Assembly (NCBI RefSeq): GCF_035084215.1
Contig: NC_090336.1
Span: forward strand, 29,264,001 to 29,328,000
Direction of reading: 5' to 3'
DNA length: 64,000 nt
Source: Heptranchias perlo
Taxonomy: Eukaryota
Shown: positions 37,697 to 50,955 of the stretch, one piece after another
How positions within the stretch are numbered: the stretch's first letter is position 1
How the letters are laid out: each line of letters begins with the position of its first letter
Made by a program: the position numbers and the translations under genes
Notes under the pieces: model-generated
Databases searched by the model: none
What the model saw: only the letters and a program-made list of their open reading frames with translations
Told to the model about the DNA's origin: nothing

Positions 37697-38837
37697 CTGT
37701 GTAGAAAACAGATGTAAATTTAAGTAAAGGAATGTATAGGTTAATAATACACCAGCAATATGCTGGCAAGACCTCACTGATAGTTACCACAAAACCAGAA
37801 AATTACATTAGATTTGATCAAAATACCTTCTTTTCCCTTTCTACATTCTCACATGGAACCTTTTCAAATCTGAATACAATTAGTCTTTGTGATGACACCA
37901 AGCCATAGGATTTTCCAGCAAACAAAAATACTTTTGGTTTGAAATGGAACTTTACGAATTTGCATCCTAAGTGTTTTTCTTAGTCTCCCCTTGGGCATGT
38001 GCTTTGAAAGCCAGGGTCACAGGGTCGTGACCTGATCCAGGAATTCCCTGTAACCTATGGGCTTTGACGCAGATGGAGTGGGGCCAGAGATCTCTCTACA
38101 TTGGCCTTTTTTGTTTCCCTGGCCTAGCAGCAGGACAGGGCATATTCAGCAGCCAGCACAAGTAGGCAAACCGGTGTGCCGAATGCTGGTTGTGGGTCCT
38201 ATATGTGGGTCGAGCCTGATGGCCCTCAAAAATGTAGTTGAGTTTTTTTTAAATAGCTCCTTATAAAGGAAGCAGATGAAGCAATTCATTCTTCTTTCCG
38301 GAGAGCAGAGACAGTAACCCCCTGCACCCAGATCCATCTGACTATGCAACAGTATGCGACCTCAGGGGGAAGATGGACACCGAGATACATCTGGCATGAT
38401 CCTGTAATGCTGAAGTGTGGCAGAAATACTGTTTACGTGCATAGACGAGATTTCTGCCTCACGTCCGGTGAAGTTATGGCAGCGGAGCAGGAGCAACTCT
38501 GAGGAAATAATCGTTGGGGCAGAAATCACTCCTGAAATAACGGAGAGCTCAACAGCGCTCTCCGTTGTTAGTGGTGAAATGCAGGAGCAAGTTCCCGTGT
38601 TTGCACATGTGCATTGAATCCGGAACTTGCTCCTGGGGGTTCGCTGGCAATATGACAGCTTCGAATTAAAGGGACATCGCACGCTGCAATCAGAGAAATC
38701 ATTGAAAAAATGCCAACTGGAAAAGCCCAGCTGGAAAGTAACTAATTAAACCACCGAACAGGTACGCTTAAAAATACAGGTCTAAAGTAAGTTTTAACTG
38801 TGCGGTAAGTCTTAATGACTGCCAAACATTCATTATT

Positions 38838-41307
38838 AAGGAAGTGGTAACAGGGCACTTAGAAAATCATAATGTGATTAGGCAGAGTCAACATAGTTTT
38901 ATGAAAGGGAAATCGTATTTGACAAATTTATTAGAGTTTTTTGAGGATGTAACTAGCAGGGTAAATAAAGGGGATGTAGTATATTTGGATTTTCAAAAGG
39001 CATTCGATAAGAACATAAGAACATAAGAAATAGGAGCAGGAGTAGGCCAATCGGCCCTTCGAGCCTGCTCCGCCATTTAATAAGATCATGGCTGATCTGA
39101 TCCTAACCTCAAATAAGGTGCCACATAAAAGGTTGTTACGCAAAATAAGGGCTATGGGGTTGGGGTAATATATTAGCATGGATAGAGGATTGGTTAATGG
39201 ACAGAAAACAGAGTAGGGATAAACGGGTCATTTTCAGGTTGGCAGGCTGTAACAAGTGGGGTGCTGCAAGGATCGGTGTTTGGGCTTCAGCTATTTACAA
39301 TCTATATTAATGACTTAGATGAAGGGACTGAGTGTAGTGTATCCAAGTTTGCTGACAACACAAAGCTAGGTGGGAAAGTAAGCTGTGAGGAGGACACAAA
39401 GAGTCTGCAAAGGGATATAGACAGGTTAAGTGAGTGGGCAAGAAGGTGACAGATGGAGTATAATGTGGGGAAATGTGAGGTTATTCACTTTGGTAGGGAG
39501 AATAGAAAAACAGAATTTTTTTTAAATGGTGAGAAACTAATAAATGTTGGTGTTCAGAGAGATTTGGGTGTCCTCATACAAGATACAAAAAAGTTAGCAT
39601 GTGAAGGGATTCGCAAAATTTCACATGTCCCCCCCCCACTGAAGATTTATTGGAGTTATTAAAGAAACCCTGGTTTTAAAAAATCCAGGGTCTTTCAAAA
39701 TGGCTGCGGTCAGACACATGGCCAAAGGCCTGCAGCATTTGAAATTGGATTCTCTCACAGCTTGGCAGGCTCCGTGTTTCAGACAGGGATCTTTGAACAA
39801 TGCAGTTGCATTCATGCCCTGAGGCAAGCCATCAACGTTGCCGGCCTACACATCAAAATTCGAGCAGGAATAATCCCAGGACTAAGGTAACCCATTAAGG
39901 AACATTCGGAACAATGGAAAGCAGTTATGGAACAGATCAGTACAGGTACCGGCCATTAATGTAAATGGGTCAAGATCGGGGCCCTTTTGTCTTACATTTT
40001 CACGCCCAAATCGGACAATGGAGCAAACTGATGAGGCGCGAAAATAACCTGTTACCGGGAGGGTATAACTGGGGCGTCTCAGAACCTCTCTCTCTTTTTC
40101 TCTTCGCCTCGGCCCGGCGTCCTGCTTGCCTGCTAGCAACCAAGAAGGAAGGCTGTCCAGTAAACATTGCAACCACCTGTCGAAGGCAGCAGCAGGACAC
40201 AGGGGCCAGGCCTTTTCATCTGTTTCACCGGTGAGCATTATTTTTTTTCTGGCCGTCACAAGACAACCTAGCTAGGTGTAAGGGTGGGAGTTAAAGGGGT
40301 ATTGCTAAAATTGTGATTTTAGAATTTTCCCTCGATGTGTCCGTTTCTTCCACCCCGTTAAGTGTAAGACTGTATTGCATCCATAGCGATTCCTTTTATC
40401 TTCTGTATAATACTGTTTACCTTGTAGTTTTAGTTTTCTTATTAATAAACATTGGTTTTCCTTTCACCAATCCACTGGTCTGTTCGTCTGTCCTTATTAC
40501 CACTCGATAAATCCTGAGTTCAGAATCAGGAAGGGGAAAGCGATTCGAAACCGCACAGCGGGCAGGGCAGCTCAGGAAAACATAACTGGCTGACCTACAA
40601 TAAGCCCTGGAAATAAAACCCCTTACATGTGCAGGTACAGCAAGCAATTAGGAAGGCAAATGGCATGTTGGCCTTTATTGCAAGGGTGTTGGAGTACAAG
40701 AGTAAGGAAGTCTTACTACAATTGTACATGGCTTTGGTGAGACCTCACCTGGAGTAGTGCGTACAGTTTTGGTCTCCTTATCTAAGGAAGGATATACTTT
40801 CCTTAGAGGCGGTGCAACGAAGGTTCACTAGATTAATTCCTGGGATGAGAGGGTTGTCCTATGAGGAGAGATTGAGTAGAATTGGCCTATACCCTCTGGA
40901 GTTTAGAAGAATGAGAGGTGATCTATCGAAACATATAAGATTCTGAGGGGGCTTGACAGGGTAGATTCTGAGCGGTTGTTTCCCCTGGCTAGAGAGTCTA
41001 GAACTAGGGGGCGTAGCCGTAGGATAAGGGGTCAGCCATTCAAGATTGAGATGAGGAGGAATTTCTTCACTCAAAGGGTTGTGCATCTTTGGAATTCTCT
41101 ACGCCAGAGGGCTGTGGATGCTGAGTCGTTGAATATATTCAAGGCTGAGATAGATAGATTTTTGGACTCTAGGGGAATCAAGGGATATCGGGATCGGACA
41201 GGAAAGTGGAGTTGAGGTCGAAGATCAGCCATGATCTTATTGAATGGTGGGGCAGGCTCAAGGGACCTTACGGCCTATTCCTGCTCCTATTTCTTATGCT
41301 TCTTATG
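38838..41307 (+). mobile_element. CR1 LINE RT fragment, interrupted by a short antisense CR1 tail (~39007-39113) and a solo LTR
   Basis: LDFQKAFD, QGSVFG, KFAD and the CR1 C-terminus; the sequence rejoins across both inserts. Confidence 0.88.
39602..40627 (+). mobile_element. Solo LTR of a third family (~1026 bp)
   Basis: TGAAGGG...CCCTTACA ends, AATAAA at ~40444, inserted inside a CR1; 4-bp flanks CATG/TGTG. Confidence 0.8.
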
Positions 41308-41433
41308 TATCTAAACAACTAAAATGTTGGTTCACCGCTCCAAGCAATTTCTACCCTGTCATCTTTATATTTATGCACTTTCTGACATCATTGAACACAA
41401 AGATATCACACATGTGTTTTTTGTGATCCTTAC

Positions 41434-41772
41434 CTAACACCTGCATTTCTGAAGTCTGTTCTGCTTTTTCAGGGGTTATGTACACAATGCAAGTGTATCT
41501 TCCTTCATCTGCTAACTGTACTTTCGGAAGATAAAGTGAAGCATCTCCTTTCAGTAGATCACTTTCAGAAATGTGTGCTTCAGGTCGCGTTTGTAAATGT
41601 TTTCCTCCCGCAAACGAATACACTTTTGTTTGTTTGTTAAGGATCCATTCGATTCCTACCTTTCTTAGGTCGATGTTGGCACCAACATAGCCCGTTACCT
41701 TGCATTTCAGTTGAACATTTTCATTTACTAATACTTTCAGTGGGCTTTGAAATATCTCCAGGCCTATGGTTT
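41434..41772 (-). CDS. NCR3LG1: B7-H6 (NCR3LG1)-like gene, IgV exon
   Basis: VQLKC...GIEW...KVYSF.G...RPEAHIS...GDASLYLPKVQLADEGRYTCIVYITPEKA parallels the B7-H6 V domain ([29 protein letters not shown], recalled). 339 bp, phase 1/1, tttttaaag| ... G|GTAAG. Confidence 0.85.
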
Positions 41773-42479
41773 CTTTAAAAAAAACATAAAAGTTATAAAA
41801 ACATCGAACAAGATATACTACCACGATAAAACTATACGGCATTGTGCACAAGACACATTTGTATATTCCTTGTAAGTTTAAAGCAGCAACTTACATATCC
41901 GTGCCGTGTTTACTTTTAATGCAATCTTTATAGAATGTCCAAAATTTTCACTACAAGACCTTCAGAGGTCAGAGTTGATCAGCAAATGCGTGTTATGAAA
42001 AGGAACGAATTACTGCAAACTGACAGTAGTTCTCGCTTCAGAAATGTTCTTCTTTAAACCAAAAAGTGAAAAGAGTACAATGAAAATATCTCTTTCTCAA
42101 GGAAGTTAATGAGACATCAGGTATATTGACATAAGCTCCATCAACTCATGAGGCCGTTTTCCCCCCTGAAATGAAGCTGAAAGCACGGGGTTGATTTTCG
42201 TCTGTGGCATACATCGGGTGGGCGGGACAACCACTACACCTGCCCAATGATGTCGATGGGAGGCCCAATCCATTTCGACACGAGGCCTTGTTCAAATTTG
42301 ATTGGCAAGCTGCCACCGCTAATCCTGCTGTATACAGGCAGCTCGCTGTTTGGGAGGGCAGGACATCTAGCAGGCCAGCTGCTTCTCAAAGCCAACCTTA
42401 GACTTTTAAAGGGGAGGTGAAATTTTTGTTGGTGGTGTGTGGGAAGCGAATTTCTGGAGCAGCAGGCAGAATTTCGACA

Positions 42480-43260
42480 GCCAGGGCACCCTGATTTTCA
42501 TTTACTGCCGTGGAGGTGCTTATTGAACAAATCAGAGTCAGGAAAGAGGTCCTCTTTCCTTCAGATGGTAGACGGGTGCCACGCCAAATAAGTCAGCAGG
42601 TGTGGAGAGACGTGGCTGAGCAGGTCAATACCAGCAATGTCATTCCCAGGAGCTGGCTGTAGATGCAGGAAAAAATTTAATGACCTTATCAAGACAGGAG
42701 GAGTACGACTCCTCTTCACATCTCTCTTACTCTGAATACAGCCCTGGAATACCACATTTTCCCCCAGCACTGCCAGTCCTTCTCTCCCCCACTGCGCAAA
42801 CCTCTCTTCCAATCACAATCACTTCACTACATCTCCTTTTTCGTACCCACAGACTAAACACCTGCTGCCACCTCCAAAACAGGAACAAACAACATTCGGC
42901 TTTTATTTTGTTTGGACTTTCAGGTAAAGTTCACATTTCTGTTTAGCTCCTTGAAACTTCACATTATAGACACTTTCTTTCAATAACTCTCCCCTCTTGC
43001 ACACACTTGCTCCTTCGTCCTCGCAGCATGCATCTGATGCCAAGCTGCCTCAGACATTTTTCACAGGCTGCACTTTAACCCACTCCCACTCTTCTCACAG
43101 GACAAGCTTGCACACAACAGAAGAGAGACTGCAGGAACCGGGGAAGGACAAGTCACGTTGCAAACTCTCACTCCAATGGAGGATGCTGCCATCGATATTA
43201 CTGGCAGGGGGAGGACACACATTGGAGATGGTGAGGTTAGAGGCCACGCAGAGCAGGGTA
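42480..43260 (+). pseudogene. Harbinger-type Myb/SANT-like protein remnant
   Basis: Translates as RAP*FSFTAVEVLIEQIRVRKEVLFP...VWRDVAEQVN...RSWL*/CRKKFNDL, then after an intron-like gap DKLAHNRRETAGTG. Confidence 0.7.
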
Positions 43261-43451
43261 TTTGGCCCGTTTCCCTTCCTTTACTCTTACCACTTAACTC
43301 TCTTGCCCACACACACACGCACCATGGCATCCTGTGGCTGAATTGCATTTCCACTCATCTGCTACTTCTTCCCCTATGCCATTACGTCATTACAGTCAGA
43401 GTTAGAGGAGTGGAGAGTTTGCGAGGGATTGTAAGGTTAGAAAAGGTTAAA

Positions 43452-44160
43452 CAACATCAACTTGCATTTATACAGTGCCTTTAATGTGGATAAACATCCC
43501 TAGACACTTTATAGAAATATAATGAGATTAAAATGGATGCTGAGCCAAAGAGGGGAAGTATTACCAAAATCTTGGTCAAAGATGTGGGGTATAACGAGGG
43601 TCTTAAAGGAGATGGGAAAGTGGGGAGGCGGAGAAGTTTAAGGAGGGAATTCCAGAGTATAGGGTCTAGACAGCTGAAGGCATGACGACCAATAGTGGAG
43701 CAAATGGAGTGAGATGCACAAGAGGCCAGAGTTGGAGGGTTGTAGGGCTGGACCATGTTACAGAAATAGTGGGGGACAATGCCATGAGGGATTTAAACAC
43801 AAAGATAACAATTGAGGCAGTGGGAGACCAGGAGCCAATGTAGGTCAGCAAGGACAGAGGTGCTGAGTGAATAGTACTTGGTGCGAGTTAAAATCTGGGC
43901 AGCAGAGTTTGAATGAGTTGAAGTTTAGGGACGGTGGTCGATGGGGTCAGGCCCAAAGAGCATTAGTCGAATTTGGAGGTGACAAAGGCACAGATATGGG
44001 TTTCAATGGCAGATTGGTTGAGTTTTGGGCGGAGGTGGGTTATGTTACAGAAGTAGAAGTAGGCAGTCTAGCTGATGAAGAGGATATGAGGTCGGGGACT
44101 CAGCTTGGGGACAAGTAAGACGCCAAGGTTGTAAACAGTCTGATTCAGCCTGAGACACTA
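43452..44160 (-). mobile_element. Old L2-type LINE 3' fragment
   Basis: Degenerate RT C-terminus (VFKSL, AFSCLDPILWNSL) and a tail ending gcactgtataaatgcaagttg. Confidence 0.65.
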
Positions 44161-45329
44161 CCTCTGTTACTGGGCTAAATTCGCTTTACACACTGACAAA
44201 TCTCTGAAACTAGTCATCGCTAACCTTAGGAAGAGAGAATTCTGCCTCAGTGACTGTTTCTACTCCAAATCTCTGCAGACTGTCTATGATCCAACGAGGC
44301 AGGGAACCTAAAACCTAACCTCTGATCTTCTCCATGTCAGGGATTAGCCAGTTGAGCTGCTAATCAAACCTCCTACTGCCCTGTCAGGTGTAGGCTCCCC
44401 TTGGAGCTAACGTCCTCCTGCCCCTGCTGGGCTCAAATAAATATAACTATTCGAGCATATTGGTGCGTGAATGTCACTGAAACATATTAACAAACCTCAT
44501 TGTCTCAAACTGTTGCACTAAGCACGAAACACCATTCTGAACACATAGTCTGTCTGAATTTAATCCACACTCCCAGAAGCTTGTGACATGTTAACCCCTC
44601 GTGTGCTGAACTTAACTTAATAGCATGTAAATGTAAAGTAAACCTACTTGCCATCCTTAGGCCAAATAATCAAAAATCCCAAAATATGACAGTGCTCCTG
44701 CTTACAAAAACCCATGGTGCTGCCTGAGTATTTTTTAAATTTTCCATGCACCCACCAGCAGATCAGATGGTTCTACCAGTTGGAGGAACCAAACGTTCGA
44801 CAGCCATGCACATCAGGTCAGGGGCTGGATTTGGCCTGCAGGCCACAGGCTGGACATGGCCAAGTTAGGTCATTGTACTGAACCAGCATTACAGTACAAA
44901 ATTAGAACAATTGTAAAATAACTCAGGTAAGACACAAACAGCACAATCCAAATCTTGTTCATTACTCTGATTATCTTGAAAGTTAACCAATTGTGAACTA
45001 ATAAAAAGTAAAAAATTTCAGATGAGGGAAATGATAATATCAAGTTGCCCTCTGTAAGAAATGTGATTTCTAGACCAAATCATAATCACGTATCCCATCG
45101 TGCAAAGCTTCAGATGCTTGGCAAAAACACAAAGCGCAGACCTTGCATCTGTGAGAATACAAAGGGAGCCAGCATTCCACAGGAAATTATACGTCTGACA
45201 TCAGGCCATCGGCAAAGCAATTGGGAATATTGCAGAGACAATGCAAGTGTGAAACAGACACATTGTGGACCAATTGTCAGAAACAGATAAGAAGTCCCAA
45301 GGCATAATCAAAGGCTCAGGACTTGCACA

Positions 45330-46252
45330 CAGACTAATGCAGATGACACAAAACTTGGAAGTATAGTGAACAGTGAAGAGGATAGTGATAGACTTCAAGA
45401 GAACATAAACAGGCTGGTGGAATGGGCAGACAAATGGCAGATGAAATTTTTAACGCAGCGAAGTGATACATTTTGGTAGGAAGAATGAGGAGAGGCAACA
45501 TAAACTAAAGGGAACAATTCTAAAAGGGATGCAGGAACAGAGAGATCTGGGGGTATATGTGCACAAATCATTGAAGGTGGCAGGCCAGGTTGAGGAAGCA
45601 GTTAAAATGCATACAGGATCCTAGGCTTTATAAATAGTGGCATAGAGTACAAAAGCAAGGAAGTTATAATGAACCTTTATAAAAAAACAGGTTCAGCCAC
45701 AACTGGAATATTGTGTCCAATTCTGGGCACTGCACTTTAGGAAGGCAGTGAAGGCCTTAGAGAGGGTGCAGAAGAGATTTAGTAGGATGGTTCCAGGGAA
45801 GAAGGACTTCAGTTATGTGGATAGACTGGAGATGCTGAGGTTGTTCTCCTTAGAGCAGAGAAGGTTGAGAGGAGATTTGATGGAGGTATTCAAAATCATG
45901 AAGGGTCTAGACAGAGTAGATAGAGAGAAACTGTTCCCGTTAGCGCAAGGGTCAAGAACCAGAGGGCACAGATCTAAGGTGATTGGCAAAAGAACCAAAG
46001 GTGACATGAGGAAAAACCTTTTTACACAGCGAGTGGTTATGATCTGGAATGCACTGCCTGAGGGGGTGGTGGAGGCAGATTCAATCATGGCTTTCAAAAG
46101 GGAATTGGATAAGAACTTGAAGTGAAAAAATTTGCAGGGCTACGGGGAAAGGGCGGGGGAGTGGGACTAGCTGGATTGGTCTTGCAGAGAGCAGGCACGG
46201 ATTCGATGGGCCGAATGTCCTCCTTCCATGCTGTAACTATTCTATGATTCTA
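45330..46252 (+). mobile_element. 5'-truncated CR1 LINE
   Basis: ORF 45748-46125 is the CR1 C-terminus; tail tattctatgattcta. Confidence 0.88.
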
Positions 46253-47584
46253 TAATCCTATTCTGTTAATTGCAGGAGCTTTGTTCGGATAATTAGGGAA
46301 CCTTCGTGATTGGCATACAGAGGATGAGACTTCTTAAATGTCTGCATCTGAACAATCCAAATGCACAGAAAGAGAAGGGCATGTCCCTCCCCCATAAGAC
46401 AGATAGAATTGACAACAGTTAACACCATAGAATGGATAGCGGAAGGAGGTCTGGAACAAGGGCACCCTGGGGGGAAGATGTCCGGGACAGGTGACATCAT
46501 GGGACTAATGTCATTAAGCTACTAGAAGCAAATATGCTTCAGAAAGATAAATAAACTGAGGCACTACAAGTCAGAAGCAGTTTCTCAGGACGAACAGAGG
46601 TCCAGACACCCTACGAACCAGGCCTGATCATCCTGTAACTTCCTAGGGAAGTTGTTGTAGAAATACTTGTTGTTTGGTCTTACTGCATTAGAACGTTGTT
46701 CTTGTGTATATATTCAAGCTTGTATGTTTGGTCACACTCAGGCCCGAATCATTGTGGAAGTTATTATTAAGAAAGATTAACAACCCTTGGTAGCATTAAT
46801 AATAATATATTTCCCACAATCTCTCAATAAAAACTCACTGTAAATAGCTTGCTGTCTTACTGCCTTCATTTCATGTTCACACAGTTTTGAAAATCAAAAT
46901 AAATAATTTCAGTAATGTTTCGAGAAATTGAACAGAAAGAAGCAATACATAGAAGTAAGAAATTTGATTTTACCTTACACTAAAAAGGAATTTGACCCCT
47001 TTTTGTTACCTATAGATTCTAAGACGTGGCCATAATTTTTAGTGAATTATTATGGTTTTACTTTCATTATTATTCCTTATGTCTTTGTAATCAAACTTTG
47101 GCAAACTGAACAGAATCTCTTTGGAGCTTCCAAGAACATGGGCAAGTGTAAAATGAAATACACATTATATTAAATTTTAGTTTCGACATGTCTTTATTTA
47201 CCCATGACAACTCTCCATGTTTCTTATCAGCATGTTTCTAGCTACCTTTGCTCTCCTTATTTCTTCTTGATTGTTCTTTTATTACAATTGCTAATCTATA
47301 ACCTGCCCCCAACCCTGCAGGTGTTTAAATTCATTTCTCCTCCGTCCCCCACTTTCCCTAACCTTCTTACTATACAAGCTACAATGTACTGTCTTATAGT
47401 TTACTATAGTTGATTTGTAACTTTTCTATGCAGCAATGAGTGGACTTTGCTATTAAACGGATCTTCCTTAAACTTGTAGTTGTCGACTGCAAAGAAGCAA
47501 AAACTCGCCAAACGTTTTTGTTATCCAGCTGCATTTTGTCATCGTACAAATACTAAAAGAGAACTTAGATCAGTAATACCTTAC

Positions 47585-47633
47585 CTGATGTTGAAATAAA
47601 TGATACAATAAAGCACAAAGTCAAAGTTTCCAT
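47585..47633 (-). CDS. NCR3LG1: B7-H6-like gene, signal-peptide exon (METLTLCFIVSFISTS)
   Basis: aggATGG Kozak context, hydrophobic core, 49 bp ending G|GTAAGG; splices in frame to the V exon (G+AA = E). Confidence 0.75.
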
Positions 47634-48526
47634 CCTTATTTTGAGAACTGTGAGCTTCTAAATTATATCCATGAACAGGTGGGTGTTCACTGCAGAGCAA
47701 ATTCAGTCTTCCACTTTCACTATTAACTTTGTTAACCTTTGTATGGTTGATTACCAAGGGCGAGCAAATAAAATAGAACTTTTCTTATCTGGGACAGAGT
47801 TCAAGCTCAGCAGTTTAATTACTGACTGATATCTAAAGGAGAAGCATTTCAATTATAAAAAGATTGTGAACAAGAACATTTTTCTAAACACATATTGCAT
47901 CGAAAAAAGATGAAATCACATCACTCGCACCTCATACCATTTTGCTGTTGTTGTTCATAAACAAACAAAATGTCACTTTTCCTTAATATAAGCGGGGCAA
48001 TTTTCAACCTTGTCACCTGGGTGGCAACCAGCCAGAGAAGATTGCCCTCCGGCTTGGAAGCCGCCCGATTTTCATTCCAAATGGGCAGGTGACCCGCCTG
48101 GTTAGGTTTTTATCTGAGTGCAAGCCATCCAGAGTGCAACAACAACGACAATCACTCCTGCCTTCCACCCTATCACACACTTTCCCATTTGTTCTTTCCT
48201 CCCTTCCACCTCCTCCCCACCTTTTGCTTGGCTCTGTACTTGTTAAATCTTTAACTTCTTCCAGTTCTGGCGAAAGGTCATCGACCTGAATCGTTGGGCG
48301 TGATTTACGGCGCGATGTCAGCAGGGGATCAATGGGTACGTGGGAAACCCGGGGAAATATTTCCGACCTTTACTCGAGCGGTCGCGACGTTATTGATGGT
48401 GATTAGTGTGGCTTCCGGGTTTGGCGTCTCCAAGCTGCGCAGCGGGCGCACTGCGCACCCGAGTGCTGTCAGCTGGATTATTTAAAGGGCCATCGCAAGA
48501 ATGGCTTTTGTGGGAGAAAGGAGGAA

Positions 48527-48750
48527 TTGAGCCAAATGGAGCAACAAAGGAGCAAACCAGCACTCAGGTTCAGTGACTCCTCACTTGAGGTGCTACTGGC
48601 TGGGGTGAGGAGGAGGAGGGAGGCGCTGTACCCAGCAGACATGAGGAAGCGCCCTGCCTCTGTCACCTGGCTCAAGATGGCAGAGGAGGTGAGCAGCAGC
48701 GGCACCAGCTCACGCAGTTGGGTTCAGTGTAAGAAGTGCTTTGATGTCCT
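48527..48750 (+). pseudogene. Harbinger-type Myb/SANT-like domain remnant
   Basis: RFSDSSLEVLLAGVRRRREALY...WLKMAEEVS...RSWVQCKKCFDVL. Confidence 0.75.
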
Positions 48751-50766
48751 AACCGAGGGTGAGCGCGTGTGCTTGAGATGTAAGGGACACATTCCCTTGG
48801 GACAGTGGTGGTGGTTGAGGAAGTTGGACCAGGCCAAGGGTGACACATCCACGGACTGGGAGCGACTGGGGGACGACACGTACCGACAGATTACGGGGAT
48901 AAAGGGGGCGCGGAAGTGTGCCGGAACAAGTGGTGGAAGGAGGAGCAGGGCATTTACGTGTGTGTGTGGGGGGGGGTCGGAACGGATCTGCCCCGTGGGT
49001 GTGTCGATTGCCTTTTTGCGGCGATGGCAGGATTCTGGGACCGGGATCGAATGGGATCGGAGTATGGCTTCCTGCGTGATCCCAGACCCTCCCAACATAA
49101 TAAATGCCACAGAACATGTAGCACTGGAGAGGAAGCCCCTGCCCACAGCCCCACGGGTACAGGGAACAGAGGCTGGGTGTCCCAGCACCACACCGGGCCC
49201 AGGGAATGGTTTAGTTTTAATCTCCACCGGGAAGGTTATATTCCAGGGGGTGCATTACGCGGTCATGTCGGTCATTTTAAATTTAACCCGGGTGCAGCTG
49301 CCCGAGTGATGTCCGAAGGAGACTGAGCAGTTTTACGAAGCCCTTATTAAAGAGATGTTCCGTCAATTTTTCAAGCTCAGCCACGGGGATGTGAGTCGGG
49401 AAGAACTGTATAATATGGATGCGTACGATGGGATTAATCCGAGTAGACAGAGGCGAGGGACGTTTAATGGCATGACCACAGCTTTTAACACGGGCAGGTC
49501 CCTCGTCAACAGCATGGATAACGCACAGCTACAGACCCAGGTTAATATTTTAAGGGACCAGCTGCGAAAGATACTGGGGAAAGGGAACGAGGTGGAAGGT
49601 TCGGAGCTAAAGGAAGACCAGGCAATGACCATTCACTTAAAAGAGATCATTGCTGAGCTGGAAACACACGTCAAAACGATTAACAGTTTAATACAGGAGG
49701 ATAGGAATGCCTCGGCGCAGGCAGCCAGAAATGACGTGCGTGTGTGTTGTATGGTGCGTGGTTGCTGAATGAGGGACGCAGTAATTTGGAGGACCTGCAA
49801 GAAGGTCGCGTCCCGTCGTGGGTCAGCAACCCGGCACCTCACAGCGCTGAGCCCGAGTGATAATTCGATGAGTCCGTGTCAGCTCCGATTAGCTTCCGAA
49901 GCCTATCCAATCCCAATTGATTGCGGCCGGTCCAACCACACGGTTATGGGGATTGTACTGCGTATGCCGGTAATGGGTGGGTCACCACGGCCAGCGCCGG
50001 TGTAGAGAACATTGGCGTTTTAAGGGATGGGGTGCATGTGCGGCATCATGGGGCCCCACTGTTTGTCGTAAAGGGGGAGCACGCCATGACCAGCACTGAC
50101 CTAAAGGGGTGGAAGAGCAGGGGCGCACACGTGGTATTGTATCCCCAGCGCCTGAACGCGTTCGATCGGCCGGAGTGCGGGTTTTAATCTGAGAGTGCGG
50201 AACCCGTTAATTGCACCATGGAGGTGATGGCCCAGAGCCACGTTCCATCTCAGGTAGCATACACGGGTAACGGGACGTACTGCGCCATGACAAGCGTGGA
50301 CCAGTACCTGGTACACAACGACACTCGGTGCCCGGTCACCGACACGACTTTCTGCTTCAAACCCCACACAGAGGTTCAGGTGGGACGGGAGTGTATCATT
50401 CCCATTCCGGAACCATCTACAGTGCACCTCATGGTAAACAACACGGTACAGAGCCTGCAGCAATATGTTACACGGGTCGGGTACGAGATAAGTCCTCTGC
50501 CCGAGCACCTCACGGAGTTACTAAAAGCCGTTGAGCTCTCGCAAAAACATTTTTACACGCTCGAACAGAGAAACCGCGAGTCGGGGAGGGAGATAAGGGA
50601 GTTGGTTTCCCCACCCTGGTGGGACATTGGATTAAGTGTCAAGGCCCCTCCGTGGATCTGTATATTTTGGCACGCTCTGCTAATTAGACAGGGTTTGGTT
50701 GTATTGTATTTGTTACGGCTGTCCTGTAAAAAGCGAAACAAAACACAAGTCGTCGGGAGGCCCTGA
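48751..50766 (+). pseudogene. env: Degenerate env with class I F-protein-like architecture
   Basis: Furin site RQRR followed by a fusion-peptide-like segment and heptad repeat, Cys-rich region (YCAMT...CPVTDTTFCF), second helix, PWWD membrane-proximal region and TM; broken by stops and frameshifts; followed by PPT and LTR. Confidence 0.75.
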
Positions 50767-50955
50767 TTAAAGGGTAACCAGGAGTTTTGTTCTTTGTAAA
50801 TATGTTGGAAGTGTGTTATTTTGTGATTGAAGAACAGAACCTGGAGTTGTTAAAAGTAATAAATGGTTTGGTTGGGGGCCACGATGCTTTCCACAGTGGA
50901 AGGTACACGGATGCTTGATATTCCAGTGTGGGCATTGAAATATCAAAGGGGGGTT

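Noticed and set aside
44648-44715. Alternative leader exon MGFCKQEHCHILGFLIIWPKD with accATGG
   Set aside because: Poor hydrophobic core; the GT donor is phase 2 and only a GC donor would fit the V exon.
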